Part shown: in pieces, positions 1 through 12,336 of the stretch
Position numbering within the stretch: the first letter of the stretch is position 1
Layout of the letters: every line of letters starts with the position of its first letter
Assembly: GCF_018350175.1 (NCBI RefSeq)
Contig: NC_058368.1
Location: forward strand, 36,148,001-36,212,000
DNA from: Felis catus
Lineage: Eukaryota
Length of the DNA: 64,000 nucleotides
Direction of reading: 5' to 3'
Made by a program: the position numbers and the translations under genes
Notes under the pieces: model-generated
The model's database searches: none
What the model saw: only the letters and a program-made list of their open reading frames with translations
What the model was told of the DNA's origin: nothing

Positions 1-393
1 TGGAGAATTCACCACTCAATGGAGACCTAATTTTAACAACAGTAAAACAAGCTATCTCTAGAAAGCCTGCAGGCTCTGCAGGAAGATGACCCACCCTAAT
101 GTGTATGTGGGTGAGGACAATGACCTTTCAGTCCCTGGTAGAATGTCTGACACATGATAGTTGCTTTAAGCAAAAGTTTGCCCAATTACTCAACTCATTG
201 AATCATACCTTATTCCTCCTGGAATGTACCTAGTACCCATACTACATCCTCAACCATGGGTAATGGTCTCTTACTCACACCTAAACCCATAAAGAAAAAT
301 CAGCATGTTTTAACATGACCCAAAATATATAGCCTTTGGCAGTTAAAAACTTGAAATATTGGGGGACTGTAAGAAAACACTGAAACCTTAACT

Positions 394-585
394 TTTTTAA
401 AATTTCTTTATTTTGAGAGGGGTGGAGGAGGGGCACAGAGAGAGAGGGAGAGAGAGAGAATCCCAAGCAGGCTCGCACCAATAGTGGAGAGCCCCATGCG
501 GGTCTTGAACTCACGAACCATGAGATTATGACCTGAGCTAAAACCAAGAGCCAGATGCTTAAGTGGCTGAGCTACCCAAACACGC
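394..585 (-). mobile_element. Can-SINE (older, diverged)
   Basis: tRNA-derived head, (CT)n and A-tail on minus. TSD aaaccttaact at 383-393 and 588-598. Confidence 0.92.
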
Positions 586-1999
586 TAAAACCTTAACTGA
601 TCTTTTTATGAAGTAAGTTACTAGACTCAAGATCCCTCTCAATGACATTCACTTTCTAATTTTTAGCAGGTAAACTGCAGAGAACAAAAGAAGCTCCATC
701 AGCATAAAACAAAAGGAGTCAAAAAGCCTAAGTTCTCATAGTGAGGAGAGTGTGTGTGCACACGTGGTCTGGCATTGGTGTGTGTGTGCCTGTTTCTATC
801 CACCGGTCAGTAACTCTAGCTTAACTGCCTCAGTATCTCTTTAGTATTAGAACTCCTGTGGTCTTGGTACCTAACTCAGGTGATCAGACTAGTGAAGGGG
901 GAGAAGATATGAAATGTGGAGACTATTTAAAGAAATAGTGTGCACTGATAATGACTGTATTTTAAGAAAACTGCAGAGTCAGCACTGTGCAAAACAGGGG
1001 TAAACACAGTTGCTGCCAAGGGGGTAATTATAATCTAAATTACTATCATGTATATTGCTATTAAAATGCATTACTACAATTTCCTTGCATTTTTCAAATG
1101 ATTCCTAGCATCTCTAATGTCACAGATCAACAGAAACACTAAACTGTCAGTGCAGTATGAATTACTTATTTTCAGAACATTTACAACCCCAACAGATCTC
1201 CAGTGCCAATAAAATCTGTTATTCAGAGATGATATTATGCAAACTCATAGTAGAAACTACGAGCAATGACAAGTACTGCAGAAAGGGGCGTTCACCACCA
1301 ACAACAAAAAAAAGTTCAGCAAAGAGTTTCTTTTAGGAGTTATTATTTTTTCCATAAACATTTAATGAGCATGATTATGTACCAAGAACTTCTCCTATAA
1401 TTTTGGAGGCTGCTTTTAGCGTACATTAAAAATAGCATACGTTAAAGGTTTAGAATTATCAAGTACATTTTACAAAGGAACATGATAAAATACAGAAAAA
1501 TCTGCTGCTCTCCCTCTTTCAGTTTCTAAAATAGCTCTACAGAAGAAAAAAAAAAAGCAGATTGATCCAACACTAATTTTAGCCACTCAGAAATTAACTT
1601 GCATAAAAGAAATTCAACACATTACATTCCTCGTATTATCCATCAATACTTAACTAGCATCGACATCCCTTCTATTCACAGGAAAGCTTTCTCACATTAG
1701 CCCATTGCCTTCAATAAAACAGTTGACTATTTAGACGATTCTGTATATTTAAAAAGACTTGCTTCAACTGCTCAAAGCAATGTCCTGCTATTATAAACTT
1801 CCATCTGGTTACCATGACCAGAACTCAGGTGCTTTTTAGCTTCTAAACCTCAAAAGGATGTACCATAACAGTTAACAGTCAACTGCTTCTACCCACAGCC
1901 AGAGAACAGAAGCCAAATCAACCATGGTGAGCAACACATCATGAACACATTGCATGAACCATAACACGCAATTATAAATAAGAATGAGGGTGTCTCTGA

Positions 2000-3180
2000 G
2001 CTGTATGGCATGATTTTCATGACAGAGTTTGAAGCTGAAAAATTATGAAAGAATGTATTACTTTGTGTTTATGAAGAGATATATTCATATATTCATTATT
2101 TGTACAAAAACAGGCAGGAAGAAATAATCAGGAACTCATGAGATTGTGTACCTTCAGGGAGATGGGAATATGGTAGGTAAGACAGAGAGCAGAACACCCT
2201 AAAAGAAAAGAGGGTAAGTGACAATACTTTAGGGATACCTCTGTGTATGTCTTTTTATTTTTCATACACTCAAAAAGAAAAAAAACAAAATCAAAGAGGA
2301 TGGGAGGAAAATCCTTAAGTGAGATGAACCCAAGTAAGTTGACCTAAGTATAATTCAAATAGGTAATTATTTCAGAGAAATAAACTAGAATATAAAAATC
2401 AAAGGTAACAGTATAAATTTGTGGTCTGAAAAGAAAGGTATTTGGATAGATACAGCTAGCTAAAAATAAGAAGAAAAATAAATAAAAGGTATATGTATAT
2501 ACATGTATACTATAGGTTTTCTACATATGGATTTACTTATATTTAATATATGTACACATGTATGCATGCAATTTCCAAATATGCACACATGCATATACAC
2601 GTCTCATACATATCAACATATATACATCTCCATATACAACATATATACATCTCCATATCAACATATATACATCTCCATATCAACATATATATATGCATAT
2701 ACATACATACACATATATATGCCTTAGCTCTGTCTGAAAGGGCCTAAAGATGGCCCATTAGAAGACCTAACATTCAGATCCCAATTTCTAAATAGCATTC
2801 TCCATTAAAAGAAACCATTCCTTGAACAAAGGACTGATTCCAGGGCAGAGGCTAGGATAATACAGGATGATCTCAAATGTTTTCTGCAAGAGAGGAAGCA
2901 GAGCTCCAAGAATGATGGGGGCATGCCAAAAGATAAGGGAACCAGCCTGAGGGGGTCTCTACTGGCCAAAGATACCAGGGAGAGGATGGGACCTGGAATG
3001 ACTGCTTCGAGGGCAAGGGGTTTCCTTTGGGGTTGATGGAAAGGTTCTAGAACTGAACAGTGGTAATGCACAAAACTGTGAAAATAGTAAATGTCAATGA
3101 ATTGTACACTTTAAAATTGTTAAGGTGGTGAAGTTTATAGTGTGTGGATTTTCTCACACACAAAAAAAAGTTTTAAAAAA
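2000..3180 (+). mobile_element. Ancient L1 (L1MC/L1ME-like) 3' region fragments
   Basis: Typical old L1 3' UTR motifs (gggttgatggaaaggttctagaactg...tgaattgtacactttaaa...aagtttatag). Boundaries approximate. Confidence 0.6.
2608..2695. repeat. ~22-bp tandem repeat (catatcaacatatatacatctc), about 3.5 copies, in an AT/CA-rich tract
   Basis: Units are directly visible. Confidence 0.85.
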
Positions 3181-4705
3181 CATTTATGAAACAGGAAACT
3201 TGTTGTCTTAGAAGTTAGCAGTTACCTTGAAGAGAAGAAGCATAGGGACTAGGTCATACAAGCTCGCTATCCTTGTCCCATTGCTTCAGCTGTGTTCTGG
3301 GTACATGAGTGTGTTTATTCTGTGTTGGCTTATTCACCAATATAATAAAGATTTGTGAACTTTATTATGTAAATTTAATTTGAAAGTATTTAAAACCCAG
3401 ATTCAAACTTACTAATTTTTATGCTTTATTCTAAGGATACACGGTTACATTCAAATTGAGTTCCTTTCAAATCTTTAGGTTTTAAAGCATGCCACTTAAA
3501 ATGTTTTACACTAAATGTCATATTTTCTGGCTGAAAAATGAAATTAATGAAAAGTTACACCGTGTCAAATGAGGCCACTTGTTTATATTTAGCATCTTTG
3601 GTATACCTTTTAGAACTGGAAAATGTTGAGTTCCATCTGAACAACAAACTGCACTTTAAAACTTGAAAAAAAAAAAAAAAAAGAAAAAAAGCCCACAGTT
3701 GGGGGTGGGGGAGCTGATTAAATAAACATGGATGTTCTAATTTGCCAGCCTCTATTTGATGGTTCAGTGAAGGATAAAGATCTATTCGGCACATCTGAAC
3801 AGAGAGGGAAAAAAATGTGCTGATGCTCTTAGTCATTGGTTCATTATCTTCTTTATTGTGTTGATTATGTTTATGTAAGAAGAAAAACCACAACAAAACT
3901 TCATTGGGCATTTACCAAAAAAAGAAAAAAACGGGAGGTGGGGGCCAGGGAGGGGGTATAAGAAAACACCAGCTGTTCCAGTCTTTAAAATTAGGCAATT
4001 TGTTCTTCAGTCCCTCCAGGTAATTGCACAATTATTTGCCTCCCCAATTCTGAGTATTTTCAAGTGTCACTGTTGCATTTACAGCATAAGCCTGTCTTCC
4101 TTTTTTTTTTTTTTTTTTTGCTTTTTCTTGATTTATAGAAGAAAACTAACTTGCTTCTTCATATCCACAAAGCATCCTACAAATCTAACCTGTTTATGTT
4201 AGTAAAAAAATATATAACAGCACAAAATGTAACATTTTTCAGACTGTTCTTCATACAAGTAACATTAACAGTGGAATATGGAAGAAAAATAATAGGAAAA
4301 AAGATCTTGGGATCTGAATCACATCCCACTCTGACCAGCTGTGGCACCTCAGGGTGCTTATGGAGCAGAGGAAGCTGTAAAACTCAAATGCACTTGGAAT
4401 ATACCTGTATTATGTGCTTTTATCACGAAAAGCATATATTCCTTTTACTAAGTTATTTTTAAAGCTGTGCAAGCATATAGATCAAAGCAAAGCAAGAACC
4501 CATAGTCTGCAGGGTTGTTTAGAAAGGAAGCAACATGAACTAATGAACTGATTAAAATGAGGAGAAGCAACTGAGGTCCAACAAAAAGGAGTTAATTGTT
4601 CATTTGTGTTCTCCCTTGTAACAAAGTACATATACGAAAAGGCTGAAACAGTCTCATATTTCCACTTCCCAGAATCCCTGGCATTATGTTCCAAGCAGAT
4701 ACTGG

Positions 4706-4737
<32 letters not shown>

Positions 4738-6114
4738 ATTAATAAAATGAGAGGAAAAAGAAGTTAATGGATCTAAATTTACTCAAGTACTATGCTCCTG
4801 CCAAGAGTAAAAACAATGATGGTCCTATGGTAACATGTTATAAGTTCATCATTTCTACAATGTTCTGAAAACATGGCTATCCATCTAACAAGTCACTCAA
4901 TAAACATGGATAGAAGGATCTATGTGTACCATTATGGTGAATACTGGAACTCAAAAATGAGTCAGAGAAGATTCTGCCCCTGAGGTCGTCATCCTCAGGT
5001 AAGAAAAATCACCTGAACAGTTACAAGGACTCCAGCCTTGGTGAGCAAAAACGGGGAGGGGGGGGATGAGGAGGGGGTGGAAATATCCCAACTGTTACCC
5101 AGAAAATCAGGGGAAACCTCCAAGTAAAGATAATTCAAGAACTGGTCTTAAAAGATGGGGAGTATAAAGCAGAATTACAAACATGGGCACAATAAGGTGA
5201 AAGATGTGGCATTTTAGCAGCTAGATGGCTACATTACAGACGGTATAAGGAGTGAGGAGAACGAGGACACAAAATACACAGGAACCAGAACATGGGCTGT
5301 GGCTACCTCAGCCCAAGGGAAGCCAGCATTAGCCCACAGCTAACAGGAAGTCACTGCATAATTAGAAATCAAATACAAAAAGCTATGTCAGAAAGACACT
5401 AGAGCAACAGTGAGGAGGACAAAAACATGAGCCTCTGAGGTTAGAGACACAAGGGCAGTTCAGGTGAAACTCTAAGGAAGATTTCATGCTCTTGGTTCTA
5501 TTATAACCTTAAAGAAACAAAACAAAACAGAACAACAGCAACAAAAACCCAAGAAAGAAACAGCTAGAAAGTGTTACTAGAGTTGGTCACAAAAGTGTGC
5601 TCACCTCACACAAGAAAACCTAATGTGTTCTACCTCCAAGGCGCTTACAAGACAAAAGTGGGAGAATGGTTTCTCCTGCATTAACAGACACAAAGAAGCC
5701 TCTCTCTAACCATCCCACTCTTCTCAGAAATATTCTGTGCTCCAGTAGGGGAGGAAAAAAATTTTCTAAACCTACTTTTTCAATGTCCTAGCCTACTGTT
5801 CTCTTTCAAAGGAACTTCACTACAGACAAAATGAGTAACATTCAACCCATGTAGGCACATCATGGTTTCCCACACACGTAATAAATCCCTGCTGATGTGA
5901 TTCCTGCAGCCCACCACATCCCTACCTCCAAATGGTTCAAATCCTACCTGTCCTTCATTGCTGCCGAACACCACTCCCCATGGCAACGTTTTCTACTTAC
6001 CTCAGCAGGAGGTGATCTTAATCTCCAAATTCCCACTTTAAGGTCTCCTATTGTGCGCTAGTTACTTCCAGCTTGTTTTATCAGTGTACTTACACATCTT
6101 ATGACTCCTAGCAG

Positions 6115-6510
6115 ATTTTTTTAAATACAATTTATTGTCAAGGTAACTAACATACAGTGTAAACAGTGTGCTCTTGGCTACAGTAGATTCCCATGATTCA
6201 TCACTTACATACAACACCCAGTGCTCATCCCAGTGCCCTCCTCAATGCCCTTCACCCATTTCCCCTCCATCCCACCCTCCATCAACACTCTGTTCTCTGT
6301 ATTTAAGAGTCTCTTATGGTTTGCCTCCAACTTTTTCCCTTCCCTTCCCTTCCCCCATGCTCTTCTGTTAAGTTTCTCAAATTCCACATGTGAGTGAAAA
6401 CGTATCTGTCTTTGACTGACTTATTTCACTTGGCATAATACCCTCCAATTCCATCCATGTTACTGCAAATGGGAAATTTTCATTCTCTTTCATTGCCGAG
6501 TAGTATTCCA

Positions 6511-6572
<62 letters not shown>

Positions 6573-6727
6573 TTCTTTTTCCATTCATCAGTTAATGGAC
6601 ATTTTGGCTCCTTCCATAATTTGGCTATTGTTGATAGCACTGTTAAACACTGGGGTACATGTGCCCCTTATGAATCAGCACTCCTGCATCCTTTGGATAA
6701 ACTCCTAGTATTGCTGGGTCATAGGGT
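6115..6727 (-). mobile_element. Carnivore/feline L1 3' end, 5'-truncated
   Basis: Reverse complement of L1 ORF2 end and 3' UTR (WKEPKCP..DEW; MEYYSAMK..FAVTWMELEGIM) with a poly(T) tail at left. Confidence 0.93.
6512..6566. repeat. (TG)n(CG)n(CA)n compound microsatellite
   Basis: Directly visible. 6519-6566 is a perfect 48-bp palindrome. Confidence 0.95.
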
Positions 6728-7299
6728 AAAACTCCTTGGGCATAAGACAAATGTTGGGCTTGTCTTTATATGTATCACAGACATAGGAGCTCAAAAATGA
6801 GTTTAAAAAAATTTTTTTTGAATCCACCTTGATCAAAACCATGTTGGGGCACTTGGTTAAAACAACATAGTTATAGTCATTCATTCAACAATATTTGCTG
6901 AGCATCTATTAAATGGCAGCAGTGAATTACACTGTAAAATAATGAACAAAATCAGCAAAAAGATTGAGCTTTGGAAATGCACTCTTGGGAATTTTATTTA
7001 TTTTTTACCAATTTAGGGGGCAATTCTTTCATTTCCAAGGTAGTTACAGTATCATTACTACTTAGACCAATTATTCAATGTATTTGTCTTCAATTACTTC
7101 CTAAAACTTTACCTTCATACACCCACCAAGCACACAATGCCCTCATGAGCCACATGGATAAATAAAGATACCTGTCCTAGTAAAAAAGATCCAAGTGTCA
7201 AATATCAAGCTCTGGAGTACTGGGGATGAATGTGAACACAAGTATTCATGGTAAAAAAAAAATACAAATTCCTTGTGTTCCCAGACCTGGTCTTACATT

Positions 7300-7452
7300 A
7301 CATTTTTATTATCTATCTGTTTCCTCCACTAAAATGTAGGCTACATTAGCACAGAGGTACTGTCAGCTCTGTTCATCACAATCCCTACCACCTAGAACGG
7401 TGCCTGGCACAAAGTACTACTTGTTTAAAGAAAAAAAAAAAAAAATGAATGA
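7300..7452 (+). mobile_element. L2 3' end
   Basis: ctagaacggtgcctggcaca...tgaatga signature. Confidence 0.7.
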
Positions 7453-8044
7453 GATTAAACAATTCTACTAATCTGTTTCTACTAATCTGATATCGTAAGG
7501 ACTCAAAGTAAAGATCATGACTCAAAGACCTCCCCTGTGTCAAGGTGTCGACATGTTTTCCATCTCTGAATTTGATCTTAAATTCTCAGAGTAGTTTATA
7601 AATAGGCTGTCATTAACTACTGTCATTAACTACTAAAATCACTGCTAACTCAAGAGGAGGGAAATGCCCATTAATCGCAGCTTTAAACAACAAAAAGAGG
7701 TGCTCTACAAAGAACTGCACAAATACAGGTATAAAACGGGGGAAAAAATTAAGTATCTTTCCAAAAACCAAGTAGGAAATACAAGGTCTTAGAGGCATTG
7801 CTTAATCATTGTTTAAAATGATGTATTTCAGAATAACTTCGATGATCGTCTGAAGAAATTTACACATTCCTAATGAATATCAAAGTAAAATTTAACACTT
7901 TTGAAAACCAAAATATCCTACACTTTCTGAGTAGGTCCTACTTACTAAATCCTGATAAAAATAAATTGCAACTAAACTCTGAAATGCCATTTGTTTTCCA
8001 ATTTTTAGTCACCGTATCACGGGTCCTGGTACATAATTAAGTAA

Positions 8045-8091
8045 TACGGCACCACTGGAAAGTGTTTAACAGCCACCTCTCAGAAAAAAAC

Positions 8092-8122
<31 letters not shown>

Positions 8123-8232
8123 CAGCTTTTTGAGACTGTTTGCCAGTCTAGGTAAATACTCCCCAATGGCCAGTTTCAAGCAAGCGATGCGAGGTCACTA
8201 AATGTGAAGCAAACCAGCTCCAGAACACCAGT
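8045..8232 (-). mobile_element. MER63-like hAT DNA transposon relic
   Basis: gtaaatactccccaatggccagtttcaagc...accagctccagaacaccagtg resembles the recalled MER63 consensus in reverse. Confidence 0.6.
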
Positions 8233-8444
8233 GAAAAGCATACTGCGCTGCAGTAGTCGGTGGACGGCACAAGCTGTGGCTATAAATCACTCCTTCAGTA
8301 ACTTTTGTGAGCTACACACCAGGTGGGGACGGGGGCTTGTTGACCGTCACACAACCCCCGTGCTAGGGTGAAATTCTAGTTCTCGTGTAAATTAGAATGG
8401 CACAAGGCTGTATGTATTTCAAACTACTTAAAAATCTAACACAA

Positions 8445-8679
8445 GGGGCGCCTGGGTGGCGCAGTCGGTTGGGCGTCCGACTTCAGCCAGGTCACGATCT
8501 CGCGGTCCGTGAGTTCGAGCCCCGCGTCAGGCTCTGGGCTGATGGCTCGGAGCCTGGAGCCTGTTTCCGACTCTGTGTCTCCCTCTCTCTCTGCCCCTCC
8601 CCCGTTCATGCTCTGTCTCTCTCTGTCCCAAAAATAAAGAAAAATAATAAAAAACGTTAAAAAAAAAAAAAAAGAAAAA
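8445..8679 (+). mobile_element. Young feline Can-SINE (SINEC_Fc-like)
   Basis: CpG-rich full-length copy. Perfect TSD aaaaatctaacacaa at 8430-8444 and 8680-8694. Confidence 0.97.
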
Positions 8680-9540
8680 AAAAATCTAACACAAATGTCT
8701 CTCACCTTCAGTGGGCAACGGCTTGTACTCGTTTCCAATTGCTCAGCCACCCATCTGATCTCCATCTCAATACTAAGTGCCAAGTTAACTTAAATGTTTC
8801 AAGTGTCAATGAATTTAAGGTCTTTCCTAAAGAGTTATATGCTTATTACCTGTATGTAATTGGTATTCTAAAAGTCCATTGTACTTTCAATTTACATCTT
8901 CTAATACATTTACTCAACCAGTATTTATTAAATGCAATATATACGACCTGATTTTATACACACACATACACTCTGATTAATAGGCATTATACACCTCTTT
9001 ATTCAACATTTATTAAATACCAGATATATAGATAGCAGACCTCTTGTTAGGAGGATGAAATACAAAAGTGATTAAGGTATTACCTCAAGTTTATTTCCTT
9101 CACAGTAAATATTTGCCATCTTCAACTTATGCCCAAACATTAAGTTTCCCATGTTTCTCAACTACTTTAGTTTGAGCAAAATTTAAAATATGGCATCCTA
9201 TAACCCCTTAATAGTAATTTTTTTTTTAGTGTAGCTATATCTTTGTTGCCATCTTGATATGGTTTTCTTAAGTTTTGAAACTCTTAATTTCTTTATTCAT
9301 GTGTGTATATATACATAAATATTTAAATGTGATATATATAATTTATATAAATACATGTAATTTTTTCATAAATCCATAAAAGAATTTTTACTTTCACCTA
9401 GCTACTATATCCCCACTCCCATTCTAAGGTAGTTCATATAAATTGTCTGGTATATACCCTTTCATATTTTAATCCAGGCACACATCATACACACAGGTAC
9501 ATACAGACACACACACAATTATATAGTCAGAAAGTTGGGG

Positions 9541-9729
9541 TTTTTTTTAATTTTTTTTTTAACGTTTATTTATTTTTGAGACTGAGAGAGACAGAGCATG
9601 AACGGGGAAGGGGCAGAGAGAGAGGGAGACACAGAATCGGAAGCAGGCTCCAGGCTCTGAACCATCAGCCCAGAGCCGGACGCGGGGCTCAAACTCAGAG
9701 ACCGCGAGATCGTGACCTGAGCTGAAGTC
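9541..9729 (-). mobile_element. Young feline Can-SINE, 5'-truncated
   Basis: CpG-rich body that stops abruptly at ...gacctgagctgaagtc. No TSD seen. Confidence 0.93.
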
Positions 9730-10179
9730 TATTGGTGCTTTTATTTTTATTTCATAGATTCCCAGAAGTGGAAGCCCTGGGTCAAAGAGCATGTATATTT
9801 TTTATTTCTCACAGACATTTCAGATAGCTTTCCAAAAATGCTGTATCATAGTACAGTTCCTCCAGCCACGTAGAAGCTACTTTTCCCCACATTCTCACTA
9901 GAAGAGTAAAATATGCGATGGGTCTAAAGTCACTTTAGTTTGAAGATCCACAACTATAGATCTTTGTATTTATTTAGATTTCTTCTTCTTGAATGGTCGT
10001 TTTAGACCCTTAGCCATTTGTCTATTGATTTGTTTTTCTTTTTTCTAGACAATTCATAAATGCTTGATATATAAATATATGTGTCTACCAGATTATTGGC
10101 CTTTTGCCAATGGTAAGCTTGTTAAACAAATGGTTTTAGCTTTAACAATGAATTATGCCTTTGTTGTCTTTACAGTTCC

Positions 10180-10395
10180 AAGGTTTCCATTTCTTGGAGA
10201 AAGCTGTGCTATAGTCAGGGCCGCAGGCACCAACGTTCAGAGGGGAAGAGAAGAAGGAAGACAAAGTCCTGACGTCAGACCCTCATTCTGGTCATCCCTT
10301 CTCTTCCAGGTACAAGAGTCAGTAAGTTGCCTTTTTTGCTCAAATTACTTCAAGTTGTGCTTCTATCACTGAACCTGCACAGATTTGACTAACAT
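10180..10395 (+). mobile_element. Old MaLR (MLT1-type) LTR 3' fragment
   Basis: ttccaggtacaagagtcagtaagttgcc...ttctatcact...tgactaaca resembles MLT1 3' ends. Confidence 0.5.
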
Positions 10396-12145
10396 TGTGA
10401 TGTACTCTCCCAAATGAACTGCTAAATGTGATGCACCGTGGGTTTTATACATGTACCGGCAAAATCAGTACTATATAATTTTTTTTCCCATTCTCACCAT
10501 CCATGTCAGTGTTTCTAAGGCCCCACATGTTTTTACAAAGAAAATATCACTACATAGTTTAAGGAAAATGAAATCTAATTATTTCTTAATGTACAATAGC
10601 TAAAGCTTTTGAAATTTATGTATAATTGACAGTATTATTTAAATTACTCCTAAGAACTAGGGTAATAATACACTTAGAGTTTCCATTTGACAAATGTGTC
10701 ATTTTCTTAACACACAATTTCACACAATTTTTATCCTTTAAAATTTTCTATCTTTTTATACCAGAAGTGAGATAAGCTTTACTTCCAGATACTCAACTCA
10801 AAAGCTATGGATATGATGGCTAACAATTTTAGAAAGTACTTAGAATTTTACATGTTTGTTCTCATTTTAAAACCCAGATCCCTAATGGCTTTATTGCTGT
10901 AGAATTCTACCTTTCTTCTTAATATTTAGAAGAAGAGAAAAACAACGGGACTATATAATTACCACTTAGAAACTACATAAGAGAAAATTTATATCAACAT
11001 TTTGCTGCCCCAAATAGTCTGAACTGAGATCATCTCATGCTTAAGGAAAGAAGAAATCAGACATGCAGGCTCACCATACAGGTGAGCTGAAGAAGGCTGC
11101 GTAAAAAAAGTTCTGTCAATCTGGGACAAACACAAATCCGTGGAACCTCTCTGGGGAGCTTCAGGTAGGAAGTTTTTATAAAGCTCACATTTGATTTATC
11201 CATTTACTCAGTAGTCAGGCTACTGTGATTCATTCCTTGAGCTTTAGAAGCCACACTTGAAGGCAGCAGCAGAGTCACTGAATCATCTGGTGTGTTTGCA
11301 GAACTCATGGAGTGGGATCTGGAGAAAGCTTCCCAGCACACTCCTCCCCACAACAGTCATACACAATTCCAGAAGCAGTATTGCCCTGGAGTCCCCAGAC
11401 CTCATTCCCCCCAAGAACGCACACACCTGTCTCCACACTCAATTATCTATCTGCAGTGGCCCGATGGATGTGTGAAAATAGGATGAAAATCAACCATGCA
11501 ATACTAACCTCATATGCTACATAGCTTTGTCTCAGCTTCTCTTTTGATTCCCAGACTTGAGGAACCATTTGCTTAACATGAACCCTTTCAAATCCACACG
11601 CTGCTTCCTCCTTTGGACAAATTCCTAGGCGTGTGTTCTAGCTTCTTACTTGATCTTCTGGCACCTGCTCCTGAGCCTAGCCTCAACCTTAGGGTCACTT
11701 CAATTGGTGTTATTTGCCCAATCAGGATTGTTCTGAACTATTCATAGTCAAAGGGAAAAAGATTATCAAGGTTCTAATTTATCTAGGTCGTCTTCCTTTT
11801 CTGTGCATTCTATTTGTCTCCTATCAGGACAGTGTCCCTTGGAGCTCCAGGCTTCCACAAACGAGCCTCAGCCTTGAATTGACCATTGAATGGTCAATTC
11901 AAGGATTAACCATGGCCACTGAAACCCATGAGTGCTTCTATCTGTGATTTCATGGAGGGGTGGGAGGCATGTAAAACTACATTTTTATTAAAAAGGTTCT
12001 TTCACTAAATAGAATTTGGAAGCCATTATTCTGCCTTAGTATTTGTTTATATTTTCCCAAATGGCCCTTAAGGTAGCTTTCAGATATTTTTACTGATGTT
12101 GCATCCGTTTAATACCTGTTCAAAACTCCTTACCTTCCCCCCGCC

Positions 12146-12336
12146 TTTTTTTAGAGAGAGAGAGAGAGCACAAAGGAGGGACAGAGGAAGAAGGAGAGAG
12201 AGAATCTTAAGCAGGCTCCATGCCCAGCACAAAGCCCGACCCAGGGCTGGATCTCACAACCTCACAACCATGAGATCATGACCTGAGCTAAAATCAAGAG
12301 TCAGACGTTTAACCCACTGAGCCACTCAGGTGCTCC
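12146..12336 (-). mobile_element. Can-SINE (older) followed by a 20-nt poly(C)
   Basis: Typical reverse SINE. Flanks share ccccgcc. Confidence 0.9.

Noticed and set aside
2608..2695. Repeat array resembling CRISPR
   Set aside because: Head-to-tail low-complexity units with no unique spacers, in a mammalian intron.
8330..8360. Imperfect GC-rich hairpin as a possible ncRNA
   Set aside because: It is short and mismatched, and more likely part of an old hAT/MER91-like MITE. No RNA family features.
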